Shown here one piece after another: positions 28,484-37,813 of a stretch of 64,000 bases of DNA. The stretch comes from Hyphomonadaceae bacterium (GTDB taxonomy: Bacteria > Pseudomonadota > Alphaproteobacteria > Caulobacterales > Hyphomonadaceae), in assembly GCA_947478925.1 (NCBI GenBank), contig CANJXY010000001.1, positions 4,291 to 68,290 on the forward strand. Reading direction: 5' to 3'. The first letter of the stretch is position 1, and every line of letters begins with the position of its first letter. A program made the position numbers and the translations under genes. Under the pieces are notes generated by a model. The model had not been told where the DNA came from and did no database searches. It worked only from the letters and a program-made list of their open reading frames with translations.

Positions 28484-29459
28484 GCCCTACTTCTGGTCGG
28501 TTACCGACAAACGCTCCCGTGCGGCTGCGCCGATGAGCAAACTGCTGATGACGCCGCTGTCGATGATCTATCGCTGGGCTGGCGAACGCCGCATCCAGCG
28601 CACGGTCCCGGAGAACGTCGGCATTCCGGTCGTGTGCATCGGCAATCTGACACTTGGCGGCGCGGGCAAGACGCCGATTACCGAAGCGGTAAGATCGTAC
28701 TTTTCGGGCAAAGGCATTCGCGCCGCGAGCCTGTCGCGTGGATATCGCGGATCGCTGGAGGGCCCATGCAAGGTTGATCCGGCGCGGCACATCGCAGCCG
28801 AAGTTGGCGACGAACCGCTTATGCTGTCGGCCCTTGGCGAGTCCTGGGTATCGAAAGACCGGCCCGCAGGCGCTCGCGCGATGAAAGCCGACTGCGTGCA
28901 GCTAATCGTGATGGACGATGGTCATCAGAATCCGACGCTTGAAAAGCTGTTGTCGATCGTGGTCATGGATGCCGCCAACCCTGTCGGCAATGGTCATGTG
29001 TTTCCCAAGGGCCCGTTGCGCGAGCCGGCAGCAACGGGACTAGCCCGCGCCGACGCGGTCGTCCTGATGGGTGATGGGCCGTTCCCTCACATTCTCGATG
29101 GGTTTGCCAAGCCCGTCCTGCGCGCCCGCCTTGAACCGCTGGCGCCATTGCTTCCTGGGCGCTATGTGGCGTTTGCGGGCATTGGCCGCCCCGAGCGATT
29201 CTTCGACGCACTGCAAAAGCAACCGGGCATCGAACTCGCGGAGGGCGCGCCCTATCCCGATCACCATCTGTTCACGCCTCACGATCTCAAATTCCTGATG
29301 AAGCTAGCCAACGAACGCAACGCCCTGCTTGTCACGACTGACAAGGACCATGTTCGCCTACCAGCGGAGGTGAAGCCGAACGTGCTGCGCGCGTCCGTGA
29401 AAGCGCGCTTCGAGGACGAAGCGGCCTTCGCGGCCCTGCTCAACCGCGTGACCGCATGA
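28476..29459 (+). CDS. lpxK: tetraacyldisaccharide 4'-kinase
   Basis: ATG at 28476 (MREPYFW...). P-loop VVCIGNLTLGGAGKTP, SRGYRG, GDEPLML, MDDGHQN. 8-nt overlap with waaA. Confidence 0.88.
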   Translation: MREPYFWSVTDKRSRAAAPMSKLLMTPLSMIYRWAGERRIQRTVPENVGIPVVCIGNLTLGGAGKTPITEAVRSYFSGKGIRAASLSRGYRGSLEGPCKVDPARHIAAEVGDEPLMLSALGESWVSKDRPAGARAMKADCVQLIVMDDGHQNPTLEKLLSIVVMDAANPVGNGHVFPKGPLREPAATGLARADAVVLMGDGPFPHILDGFAKPVLRARLEPLAPLLPGRYVAFAGIGRPERFFDALQKQPGIELAEGAPYPDHHLFTPHDLKFLMKLANERNALLVTTDKDHVRLPAEVKPNVLRASVKARFEDEAAFAALLNRVTA

Positions 29460-30442
29460 GCGACTCACCCAAGGAGGAAAAGCAGCCAACTCCGTTCCTG
29501 CGCCCCAAGGATCTCGACAACGACCAGCGCACGACGATTGGCGCCCGCCTCGCGTGGCGCATAGAGGCTTTGGCGTGGGACTGGCTCTACTGGTATCCGA
29601 TGAAGGCACTGCCGCTCACCTGGGCGTCGAACACTATCGCCGCAGTCCTTCGCACGCTTGGACCGCTGACATCGCAGCAGCGCACGATGACCCGCAACCT
29701 TCGGATGTGCTTCCCGGAATGGCCCGACGCACAGATCCAGAAGGTCGCAAGAGGTACATGGGAAACACTCGGCCACACTGCCGGCGAGATGCCACATCTT
29801 GCGAAAATGATCCCCTACCGTCCAAATAGCCCGGTCGAGGTTGTCGGTGCCGAACGGCTTGATGCGATCCGCGACAGCGGCAAACCGGCCGTGATGATCA
29901 GCGGACACTTCGCAAACTGGGAAATCCTCGCCGCGTCGATCTGCAACCGCGCACTCGACGCACAGATCACGTACCGGGCCGCCAACAACCCGCATATCGA
30001 TCGCCGCATCGCAAAGGCACGTATCAGCACCGGAATCAACGCGCTTACACCAAAAGGCACAGGCACGCGCGAGCTGATGCGGGCGCTCGGACGCGGCGAT
30101 CCTGTCGCCCTGATGAACGACCAAAAATTCAACCAGGGCATCCCGGTTCCCTTCTTCGGCTATGACGCAATGACCGCCCCCGGCCCCACGCGCCTCGCCA
30201 TGAAGTTCAAGGCCCCCCTGGTGCCGTTCTCGTGCGTCCGCACCGCGCCGGGCCGCTACCGCGTGACGATCCACGAGCCCTTCATGCCCGACAGCGATCC
30301 GGACGAAGAAAAGGCAGTCTACAACACCGTGCTGCGGATCAACCAGTTCATGGAAGCCCGCATTCGCGAGCAGCCCGACCAATGGTTCTGGATGCACAAC
30401 CGCTGGCCCAAGGAAGCGTGGGTCAGAGCCGGCGTGATGTGA
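29456..30442 (+). CDS. lipid A biosynthesis (LpxL/HtrB family) late acyltransferase
   Basis: 328 aa. ISGHFANWE (H(X)4E-like acyltransferase motif), DQKFNQGIPVPFFG, PDQWFWMHNRW. ATGA overlap with lpxK. Confidence 0.8.
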   Translation: MSDSPKEEKQPTPFLRPKDLDNDQRTTIGARLAWRIEALAWDWLYWYPMKALPLTWASNTIAAVLRTLGPLTSQQRTMTRNLRMCFPEWPDAQIQKVARGTWETLGHTAGEMPHLAKMIPYRPNSPVEVVGAERLDAIRDSGKPAVMISGHFANWEILAASICNRALDAQITYRAANNPHIDRRIAKARISTGINALTPKGTGTRELMRALGRGDPVALMNDQKFNQGIPVPFFGYDAMTAPGPTRLAMKFKAPLVPFSCVRTAPGRYRVTIHEPFMPDSDPDEEKAVYNTVLRINQFMEARIREQPDQWFWMHNRWPKEAWVRAGVM

Positions 30443-30445
30443 GGG

Positions 30446-31402
30446 TCAATCCATGATCCCGACGCTGTCGTCGATAGTGCGCCGAACCGCGCCGACATAG
30501 TCAACCAGCTGCTGCCCTTCGATCATGGCTTCGAACAACATCTGTAGTGCATCGCGCACGACGTATGGCCGCTCCATCGGAATGAAGTGCGTCGTGCCCG
30601 GCACGCGCGTGACGGCGGCATCGGGGCGAACATTGTGGACCCGCTGATCAACATCCGCGCCGGACGTCGATTCCTTGTCCGCCTGCAACAAGATGATCGG
30701 TATGCGTTTCTTGCGCAGGCGATTCAGAGCCTTCCACGGGCGATAACGATGGGCGGAGAATGTCGCCGCTTCCCATTCCGGCGTGCATGACAAGGCGTAA
30801 CGGCCGTCATCCTGCCGCAGCACGCCATCGACCACATAGTCATCGAGGAAGGGGCTGCGCCACGTCTTGAAAGCGCCGCGCCCGCGCAGCTGTTCAGCCG
30901 CCTCGCCTGCTGAGACAAAGTCGCGCCGACGACGGAGGGCGCCCTTGGCCATTGCATTCTTACCGATCAGCATATTGAACAACGGAATGTTGTAGAGGCG
31001 CAGGAGCGACGGCCGCAGCAGGACCGGATCGACCAGCACCAACCCTTTCACGAGATCCGGTCGTTTTCCCGCAACAAGCAGCGCAACGGTCGCGCCCATC
31101 GAATGCCCGCCGAGCACAGCGCCTTCTGGCGCGGTCTTCTCCAGAATGTGGATGACGTCGTCCCGATACTTGTTCCACGATTTCATCCTGCGCGGATTTG
31201 CCGGCAGGCGTGACCGCCCATGCCCGCGCATGTCGACTGCCGCTGCATGCATCCGCGCGCCCAGTGGCTCGAGGATCGACTGATAGGTGATGGCGTTGAA
31301 GCCGGTGGCATGAAGGAACAATACGTCGATGGGCCGCACCGGATCGCCAAATGCGATCCCGGACGCCTCGCCATCTTTCAACTCTACACGAAACCTGCGC
31401 AT
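30446..31402 (-). CDS. alpha/beta hydrolase
   Basis: ATG at 31402 (MRRFRVELKDG...). HATGFNA, nucleophile elbow GHSMGA, C-terminal GTTHFIPMERP. Confidence 0.8.
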   Translation of the reverse strand: MRRFRVELKDGEASGIAFGDPVRPIDVLFLHATGFNAITYQSILEPLGARMHAAAVDMRGHGRSRLPANPRRMKSWNKYRDDVIHILEKTAPEGAVLGGHSMGATVALLVAGKRPDLVKGLVLVDPVLLRPSLLRLYNIPLFNMLIGKNAMAKGALRRRRDFVSAGEAAEQLRGRGAFKTWRSPFLDDYVVDGVLRQDDGRYALSCTPEWEAATFSAHRYRPWKALNRLRKKRIPIILLQADKESTSGADVDQRVHNVRPDAAVTRVPGTTHFIPMERPYVVRDALQMLFEAMIEGQQLVDYVGAVRRTIDDSVGIMD

Positions 31403-31412
31403 GCGGGCGCGA

Positions 31413-32150
31413 CTAGCCTCCAAATACCTTGCGCAGAAGATCGCTCGTCCGCTTCACGGGATCCTTGCGAATCGCCTGCTCTTCACGGGCGACGTAATAG
31501 AACAATCCGTTGAGCGCACTAGTCGTCGCCTCCTCGGCGAGCCAGGTTCTTGTATCCGTTTTAAGCAAGCCAGATCCGTATTTGGCCACGGCTGCATCCA
31601 GCGAGGTCAGTGCGCCGGATGACGCAAGCGCCTCGCCAAACCTGGGTTTCAGGGTCGAACGGAGGCCAACCTCGGTCTTCTTGCGGAGATAGTCAGTCGC
31701 CGCCATATCGCCGCCGCGCAGAATTTTCATGGCATCGTCAAACGTGATGCCCTTCGCAGCTTCGATCAACATCTTGCCCGCCGCTGGTGCCGCCGCCTCG
31801 GCAGCGCGATTCACCTTGAGCTGCAGGTCATCGAGAGGCCCAGCCATCCCAAACGGCCCCAGCTTCTTCTGGGCGGCGCCCAGAGCGCCCGGCAAAGGGA
31901 TGCGGACCGCCTTGTCCCCCATATAACCGTCCTTGGCCGATAGTCGCGCCGTCGCGAGGCCGCCAGCCAGCGCCAGCGCTTCCTTGAGGCCGGAAGACAC
32001 ATCGCCCTTGGTCAGGTTGCCTTTGTCGCCGGGGGTCGCACGATGAAGGATGTCCGAGGCGATCTTTCCCAACGCCTGTCCCTGCGCTGACCCCACAAGC
32101 AGGAACGCAGCGACAATCAGTGTGCACAGTCCTGCCGGCCCCGCGCGCAT
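31413..32150 (-). CDS. DUF4197 domain protein (secreted)
   Basis: GGAGG RBS, signal peptide ending GSAQGQ. SSGLKEALALAGGLATARLSAKDGYMGDKAVRIPLPG and DDLQLKVNRAAEAAAP as in DUF4197. Confidence 0.7.
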   Translation of the reverse strand: MRAGPAGLCTLIVAAFLLVGSAQGQALGKIASDILHRATPGDKGNLTKGDVSSGLKEALALAGGLATARLSAKDGYMGDKAVRIPLPGALGAAQKKLGPFGMAGPLDDLQLKVNRAAEAAAPAAGKMLIEAAKGITFDDAMKILRGGDMAATDYLRKKTEVGLRSTLKPRFGEALASSGALTSLDAAVAKYGSGLLKTDTRTWLAEEATTSALNGLFYYVAREEQAIRKDPVKRTSDLLRKVFGG

Positions 32151-32284
32151 TCAGCCTCCGCCGTCGGTTTCCCCAAGGGGATAAGACGATGATAGGACAG
32201 CGAAAGTGTTGATCCGTCAAACGGGTCGCGCTGCAGCGTTCCAGAAGCTAGGCTCCAGCGAAAACATTTGAGGGACGAAACCGC

Positions 32285-33133
32285 ATGGCCGCCAAATACA
32301 CCTGTTTCGAAGTGTCGATCACCGACCGAGTCGCTTTGATCCGGTTCAGCCGGCCCGAAACGTTCAACACCTTCACGCCTGAAGCCTGGGTGGAACTGCC
32401 CGCCATCGTGCGCGAGATCGACCGCAACGCAAGTGCCCGCTGCATCGTCATCGCTTCTTCCGGCAAGCACTTCACGGCGGGAATGGACCTCGCCGTTTTC
32501 ACGCGTCCAGACGGCATCACCAGCCAATCGAGCGATCCGCATCTAAAGGCAGAACGTTTCCGCACCAATCTCAAGCCGCTGCAGGACGCTTTCACCTGCC
32601 TCGATCAAGCCCGCATGCCGGTGATCATTTGCGTGCAGGGCGGCTGCATCGGCGCTGGCGTCGACATGATCTCGGCCTGCGACATTCGCCTCGCAACGAA
32701 GGACGCCTATTTCTGCATCGCTGAAATCAACATCGGCATGACCGCCGACGTCGGCACCTATCCCCGCCTCTGCCGCCTGATGCCCGAAGGCTGGGTCCGC
32801 CAGATCTCCTACAGCGGCGAACGCTTGCCAGCCCCAAAAGCCCTTTCTCTGGGCCTCGTCAACGAAACCTTCGATACACAGGAAGCCATGCTCGAGCACG
32901 CCATGGCGCTGGCCAAGGAGATCGCTTCGAAGAACCCGCTCGCGGTGACGGGCGCCAAGGCCATGATCAACTACGCCCGTGACCACACCATCGCCGACGG
33001 CCTCGACTATATCGGCGTATGGAATGCCGCGATGCTGTCGGGCGCTCACATGCGCGAAGCGTTTGTCGCAAAAGCTGAGAAGCGCGAACCGGAATATCCC
33101 GACCTGCTCAAGCTGGGCGACAAGCCGCTCTAA
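32285..33133 (+). CDS. enoyl-CoA hydratase/isomerase (crotonase) family protein
   Basis: RPETFNTF, ASSGKHFTAGMDL, CVQGGCIGAGVDMISACDIR; 282 aa. Confidence 0.85.
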   Translation: MAAKYTCFEVSITDRVALIRFSRPETFNTFTPEAWVELPAIVREIDRNASARCIVIASSGKHFTAGMDLAVFTRPDGITSQSSDPHLKAERFRTNLKPLQDAFTCLDQARMPVIICVQGGCIGAGVDMISACDIRLATKDAYFCIAEINIGMTADVGTYPRLCRLMPEGWVRQISYSGERLPAPKALSLGLVNETFDTQEAMLEHAMALAKEIASKNPLAVTGAKAMINYARDHTIADGLDYIGVWNAAMLSGAHMREAFVAKAEKREPEYPDLLKLGDKPL

Positions 33134-33432
33134 CCCGCGCGGCTGAACAGGCCCTGGGCGGTGAACACAAGATCATCGCCCGCTCGCGCCTGAGCAGATG
33201 CGAACACGATCGAGCGCGCACGCTTGTCGACACAAACTGCGATTTCAACCGGCCGCTCGCCAAGTGCGTTGGTCGTTATGTCGAGCGCCAACGACGCCAT
33301 ACGCATCGCCTCGCCCGCCGCCTCGCCGAGCACGGCTATCACATAGGCTGAACATAGCGTCGGGTCGGCAGCTGCCGGTCCGCCGAGTTCGGAACTTGTG
33401 AGAGTCTTCTTGATTGAGTCGCCTGCGTCCAT
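33130..33432 (-). CDS. hotdog-fold (PaaI-type thioesterase-like) protein, apparently N-terminally short
   Basis: 100 aa. ...VIAVLGEAAGEAMRMASLALDITTNALGERPVEIAVCVDKRARSIVFASAQARAGDDLVFTAQGLF fits the C-terminal two thirds of PaaI-like proteins. No Shine-Dalgarno before the ATG, and an in-frame TAA lies 4 codons upstream. May be a relic. Confidence 0.4.
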   Translation of the reverse strand: MDAGDSIKKTLTSSELGGPAAADPTLCSAYVIAVLGEAAGEAMRMASLALDITTNALGERPVEIAVCVDKRARSIVFASAQARAGDDLVFTAQGLFSRAG

Positions 33433-33519
33433 TCGAACGGATTACGCATGCACTTCACGCATGTGAAGGCTCGCCGTCCAAAGCCGCGCGAGAGACTGAT
33501 CTTTTTTTGAGGGTAAGTG

Positions 33520-33583
33520 ACTTCCCGACGGAAGGGTCTCGGGGGGTCGGGGGGGACGGATAAGACCACCACCGCCGGGAAGT
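33520..33583 (-). ncRNA. candidate structured RNA element: long hairpin presenting a C-rich loop
   Basis: Outer 12-bp stem 33520-33531 / 33572-33583 and inner 5-bp stem 33535-33539 / 33563-33567. The loop reads UAUCCGUCCCCCCCGACCCCCCG on the minus strand. The single non-Watson-Crick outer pair is G-U on the minus RNA but A-C on the plus RNA. Confidence 0.3.
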
Positions 33584-33721
33584 ACATGGACAGAACGCCG
33601 ATGCGCCAGCCCAGTTCCCGAGAGATGGCGATTTTTTCTGGCGATTATAGGGACGCGATATCACAGGGCAGTGAGCGAACGGGTGGACGCTAAAATGTCC
33701 TGCCAATTCAAACCGGAACTT

Positions 33722-33756
33722 CAAAACAAAAACGGGCAGTCCGAAAGGACCGCCCG
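33722..33756 (-). terminator. Rho-independent terminator of the 33782..34204 gene
   Basis: Minus strand: GGGCGGUCC-UUUC-GGACUGCCC followed by GUUUUUGUUUUG. Confidence 0.75.
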
Positions 33757-33781
33757 CCAGTTGTGCCACTCTACTCTGCCA

Positions 33782-34204
33782 TTAGGCTACGCTACGCACT
33801 CCACTAACCTCAGCATTAAGCGCCCCGAAGATGTCGCCGAGATGACCGACACCCGAGACGCCGAACGCGGATTCCGAAAACTCACCAATTGCAGGAAAAA
33901 GGCAGCCGATCGCTTGCGTGCCGAGGCCCTGCACATGCAGGTCCTGGATCAGCCGCTCAACAACCGCCTGACGTCCGCCGGGGGTCCGCTCGATCAGCCG
34001 AGCCAGGACGCCCGTCGGTGCGCCAACCTCATATCCCATGGACGCGGCAAGGGTGCGGGCGCCGGGAACACGTTCAAAGATCTCGTCTGCAAGTGGAGCG
34101 CCCTGGCGCTCTGCCGCGTTCAGCACGATGCCGATCGCCGCTTTTGCCTCAGCTTCTGCCAGTCCTGTGGCCGATGAAACCTGGCCGATGAACGCATTCA
34201 GCAT
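33782..34204 (-). CDS. hypothetical small helical protein (DUF2780-like pattern)
   Basis: ATG at 34204. MLNAFIGQVSSATGLAEAEAKAAIGIVLNAAERQGAPLADEIFERVPGARTLAASMG... The family resemblance is from memory only. Confidence 0.5.
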   Translation of the reverse strand: MLNAFIGQVSSATGLAEAEAKAAIGIVLNAAERQGAPLADEIFERVPGARTLAASMGYEVGAPTGVLARLIERTPGGRQAVVERLIQDLHVQGLGTQAIGCLFPAIGEFSESAFGVSGVGHLGDIFGALNAEVSGVRSVA

Positions 34205-34269
34205 TCGATCCCCGCAATCAACTTGTTGTCGACAATGCCAGGGTAAGGTTGCCGGGGTCTTAAGGCCTT

Positions 34270-35058
34270 TTAGGCGTCCGGCGATTCCGTCGGATTGCAG
34301 GACCCATAATGTGCGGCGTGATGTCCGGTCAGCCGCGCCCACATCTGATCACCCCACGAAAAATGCCACCACTCGGTGGGGTTATTGGCGAACCCCGCTT
34401 CGCTCATCACCCAATACAGCAAACGTCGATTGGCGGAGGCCTCCTCGTCGGACATCGATGCCAATTGCCTCCGCTCGAGACTGTCGGTCCATGCATCATC
34501 CGTCACATCGTCGAAGAGGCCACCCATGAACAGGGGCTGCCGGGTCGTCACAAACCTCACCGTCAGGTCCACCGCCCCGCCGGTTGAATGCGGCGATGGA
34601 GATGCCGCCCCCGCTGTGGGGGACGACCAGTACTTCTCGACCTCTTCGACCAGCGCCCGCCCCGCCAGGTCTGGCTGCCGCTTGCTCAGCCATGCAGGAA
34701 ACCAGACGTCGTAAAAATACCGCTGCACGGCTTGTGGCCGCCACGCATCGAACAGGTAGAGCTCGATACCTGCGCCAGCCAGCCGCGCATTCACGGCGCG
34801 CAGTCTCTCGGCGACGGATTGTCGAACGAAAAGTTCCGGGATCGAGCCGGGAATGCGCGTATAATAGGGCGGATTGAACCCGTGGTTATAGTGATTGTCT
34901 CCGGCTAACCCGACGCTGCCGACCTCGACGCAGCTCTCGCCGACCAGGGCTCCATCGAACAGGATCGGCACCTCCGCGCGATAGCCTCGCTTACGCGCCT
35001 GCGCGTCAAGGCTTGAGGGTATCGGCCGCTGTCGCAAGCTGAGAAGGTCAGGACTCAT
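34270..35058 (-). CDS. M15 family D-alanyl-D-alanine dipeptidase-like metallopeptidase (VanX/DdpX-like)
   Basis: ATG at 35058. Zn and active-site motifs SPHSTGGAVDL and TEWWHFSWGD; ELYLFDAWRP. Confidence 0.75.
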   Translation of the reverse strand: MSPDLLSLRQRPIPSSLDAQARKRGYRAEVPILFDGALVGESCVEVGSVGLAGDNHYNHGFNPPYYTRIPGSIPELFVRQSVAERLRAVNARLAGAGIELYLFDAWRPQAVQRYFYDVWFPAWLSKRQPDLAGRALVEEVEKYWSSPTAGAASPSPHSTGGAVDLTVRFVTTRQPLFMGGLFDDVTDDAWTDSLERRQLASMSDEEASANRRLLYWVMSEAGFANNPTEWWHFSWGDQMWARLTGHHAAHYGSCNPTESPDA

Positions 35059-35704
35059 TCGCAAACACTAGCGCGGCAAGGGCGGTTCATCAAAGCCGAC
35101 GCCTCCTCGGCCGGAACCTCCGGGGACCAACCGCGTTCCGGAGATTGTGACCAAGTCGAACGCAGTGGCGTCGCCCCTACCATTCGATTGAAGGACTGTC
35201 GCGCAATTCCGGTGCGCGCCTTTTCGCGCGCGCCCAGCGACAGTATCTGACCGCTGTCTGCGGGGATCGCGCTCTGCGCGTTCCTTTCTGTCTTCCCCGC
35301 CGTCGACGCCGGACTGATGGTCTGGGGACTTTTCGCCGACATGACCGCGCTGGGCGCCAGCTGCGGTCGTCCGCGACACTGCGCGTGACGGATTACGCTT
35401 GGTGGCGGGCCAGATGGTCGTGATCGCCTCGCAAGACGATCGAGGCAGCACCTTGGGCATTCCCGTATCCAGCATCCTTGCATTGTGGAGTGCATCAGGC
35501 GGCGTTGCAGCCCCGATGCAAGCCATGAACATGGCATACCACCAAAAGGAAACACGCCACTTTTTATCCGGCGCACCACTCTGACGCTTCACGCTCCGGA
35601 ACTGACGAGGGAGCCCACACTCAAAGTCACAAAGGCGCAAGTTGGCGGAACGAGTTGAAGGCTCGAGACTTCCGAAGACACAGCCTTGCTCAGGAAGATC
35701 AGCC

Positions 35705-36115
35705 ATGAAAAATCATCTCGCATCGGCGGTAATGGCGGTGCTGTTTGCAGCGCCGGCTTACGCCCAGCCTCCCGAAACCGCTGTCACACCGAAAGCCCGT
35801 ATCACGGTCGAGGGTGCCACTAAGGCGCCCTCCCCGACCTCGACCCCTCTGGTCGTGTCCCAAACGACGGTTCTTGAAACACCCTCGGCGACCGTTGAAC
35901 AAACGACAGAGACGATCATCCCGATCTCCGATCGCCCAGCGCTCAACCCAGAAACTCCGATCGCTCCCGAAGTTCAGGCGGTCGTCGCCTCCAAAAAACA
36001 CTACACGACAGCCGACCTTGCCAACGCACAGCTCGCGGCTGTTCTTGCGACCCCGGCCAGTGAACCGACCACGACCATAACAACGACCCGCACGACCCCC
36101 AAGTCCGGGGGCTGA
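35705..36115 (+). CDS. secreted Thr/Pro-rich hypothetical protein
   Basis: ATG at 35705. Signal MKNHLASAVMAVLFAAPAYAQ, then a low-complexity T/P/S/E-rich sequence. Confidence 0.55.
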   Translation: MKNHLASAVMAVLFAAPAYAQPPETAVTPKARITVEGATKAPSPTSTPLVVSQTTVLETPSATVEQTTETIIPISDRPALNPETPIAPEVQAVVASKKHYTTADLANAQLAAVLATPASEPTTTITTTRTTPKSGG

Positions 36116-36223
36116 CGCAGCCTTCGCCCGGCTGGCTCTTCCGGCCGGGCGTTCTGTTGCATTCCTCCGTATTTTGTCGCTTAAGGTACCCGCATGATTT
36201 GAAGACGCGGTACGGAGGATAAA

Positions 36224-37444
36224 ATGCGTGAGGCGGTGATCGTTTCGACAGCCCGGACGGGGCTCGCGAAATCAGTACGAGGCGGGTTCAACATGACCCA
36301 CGGGGCCGCTCTTGGGGGGCATGCGATCAAGCATGCCGTCGAGCGCGCAAAACTTGACCCCAAAGAAGTCGAAGACGTTTATCTTGGTTGCGCAAACCCT
36401 GAAGGCGCGACCGGCGGCAACATCGCCCGCCAGGCCGCTCTCTGGGCTGACATGCCGGTCTCTGTGGCAGGCGGCACCATCAACCGGTTCTGCTCCTCGG
36501 GACTGAACGCCATCGCGCTCGCTGCTCACGCCATCCACGATGGCGCCGACATCATGGTCGGCGGCGGCGTCGAGTCGATCTCGCTCGTCCAGTTCGCGCC
36601 GGCGCGCCCCGCGTCGCCTGATGGCCGCAACCGCTCGCTTGACGAAAAACTTCTCGCCAAGATCCCGGCCATCTACATGTCGATGATCGAAACGGCCGAG
36701 ATCGTCGCCGAACGTTATGGCGTATCGCGCGAGTACCAGGACGAATACGCCCTGCAATCGCAGCAGCGCACCGCAGCCGCCCAGGCCGCCGGGCTCTACA
36801 AGGACGAGATCGTCCCGATGAAGACCAAGATGGCCGTCACCGACAAGGAGACAAAAGCCGTCAGCATCGAGGACGCCGAAGTCACGCGTGACGATTGCAA
36901 CCGTCCGCAGACAACGCTCGCCGATCTGCAAAAACTTCCACCCGTGTTCAAGGGCGGCCAGAAGGTCGCCGAAGGCAAATACGTCACCGCCGGGAACGCC
37001 TCGCAGTTCTCGGACGGCGGCGCAGCGCTCGTGCTGATGGAAGCCAAGGAAGCCGCCCGTCGCGGCCTCGCGCCGCTCGGCGCGTTCCGCGGCTTCGCGG
37101 TTGCCGGTTGCGAGCCGGACGAAATGGGCATCGGACCTGTGTTCGCTGTTCCGCGCCTGCTCGCCCGTCACGGTCTCAAGGTTGATGACATCGACCTGTG
37201 GGAACTCAACGAAGCGTTTGCCTCGCAGTGCCTGTACAGCCGCGACAAGCTCGGCATCGATCCCGCTAAGTACAACGTCAACGGCGGCTCGATCTCGATT
37301 GGACACCCGTACGGCGTCACCGGTGCCCGCTGCACCGGCCACCTCCTGCTCGAAGGCAAGCGTCGCAAAGCCAAGTACGGTGTCGTGACCATGTGCATCG
37401 GCGGCGGCCAGGGCGCTGCCGGCCTGTTCGAGATCTTCAACTAG
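36224..37444 (+). CDS. acetyl-CoA C-acyltransferase (thiolase)
   Basis: GGAGG RBS. NRFCSSGLNA (Cys nucleophile), NGGSISIGHPYGVTGA, CIGGGQGAAGLFE. Confidence 0.9.
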   Translation: MREAVIVSTARTGLAKSVRGGFNMTHGAALGGHAIKHAVERAKLDPKEVEDVYLGCANPEGATGGNIARQAALWADMPVSVAGGTINRFCSSGLNAIALAAHAIHDGADIMVGGGVESISLVQFAPARPASPDGRNRSLDEKLLAKIPAIYMSMIETAEIVAERYGVSREYQDEYALQSQQRTAAAQAAGLYKDEIVPMKTKMAVTDKETKAVSIEDAEVTRDDCNRPQTTLADLQKLPPVFKGGQKVAEGKYVTAGNASQFSDGGAALVLMEAKEAARRGLAPLGAFRGFAVAGCEPDEMGIGPVFAVPRLLARHGLKVDDIDLWELNEAFASQCLYSRDKLGIDPAKYNVNGGSISIGHPYGVTGARCTGHLLLEGKRRKAKYGVVTMCIGGGQGAAGLFEIFN

Positions 37445-37471
37445 TCTCGACGCGCAGTCCAAAAGATCGCT

Positions 37472-37506
37472 GCCCGCTCCTCACGGAGCGGGCGGTTTTC
37501 TTTTGG
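37472..37506 (+). terminator. Rho-independent terminator of the thiolase gene
   Basis: GCCCGCUCC-UCAC-GGAGCGGGC followed by GGUUUUCUUUUGG. Confidence 0.8.
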
Positions 37507-37813
37507 GCTGTACGAACGCGCCTTTCCTACACTTTCAGACTCCAATTCTCTGAATTTGGTCAGCATCCAACAAGGTTGTCGTACACCTTCCATACTGACG
37601 GATACTGCATGCATCCGTCTCGCAGGCGGGCAGCTGATCACTGTTCAACGGCGCTGGATTGGGCGCAGGTGAGCGTGAAAGCCTGAGTGAGCCGAAGAGG
37701 AGCCAGGACCAGATTTACGGAGCCCTGGAAACCACGAGAGTGATCGAGGGATTGTGGCTGAACATCCGCAACCTGCACGCCGCGGCGAGAATAGGGTCAG
37801 GCGGTTGAACACC

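Noticed and set aside
33541-33555. G6 and G7 runs on the plus strand considered as a G-quadruplex
   Set aside because: Only two G runs are present, and four are needed for an intramolecular quadruplex. The stem context fits a hairpin loop better.
33455-33769. 104-aa and 82-aa minus-strand ORFs (33455..33769, 33339..33587) in the structured intergenic region
   Set aside because: Pro/Arg/Ser-rich low-complexity translations. They overlap the terminator of the upstream gene and the hairpin, and they have no RBS.
36272-37462. 396-aa minus-strand ORF covering the thiolase gene
   Set aside because: Antisense shadow. The plus frame has all the thiolase active-site motifs.
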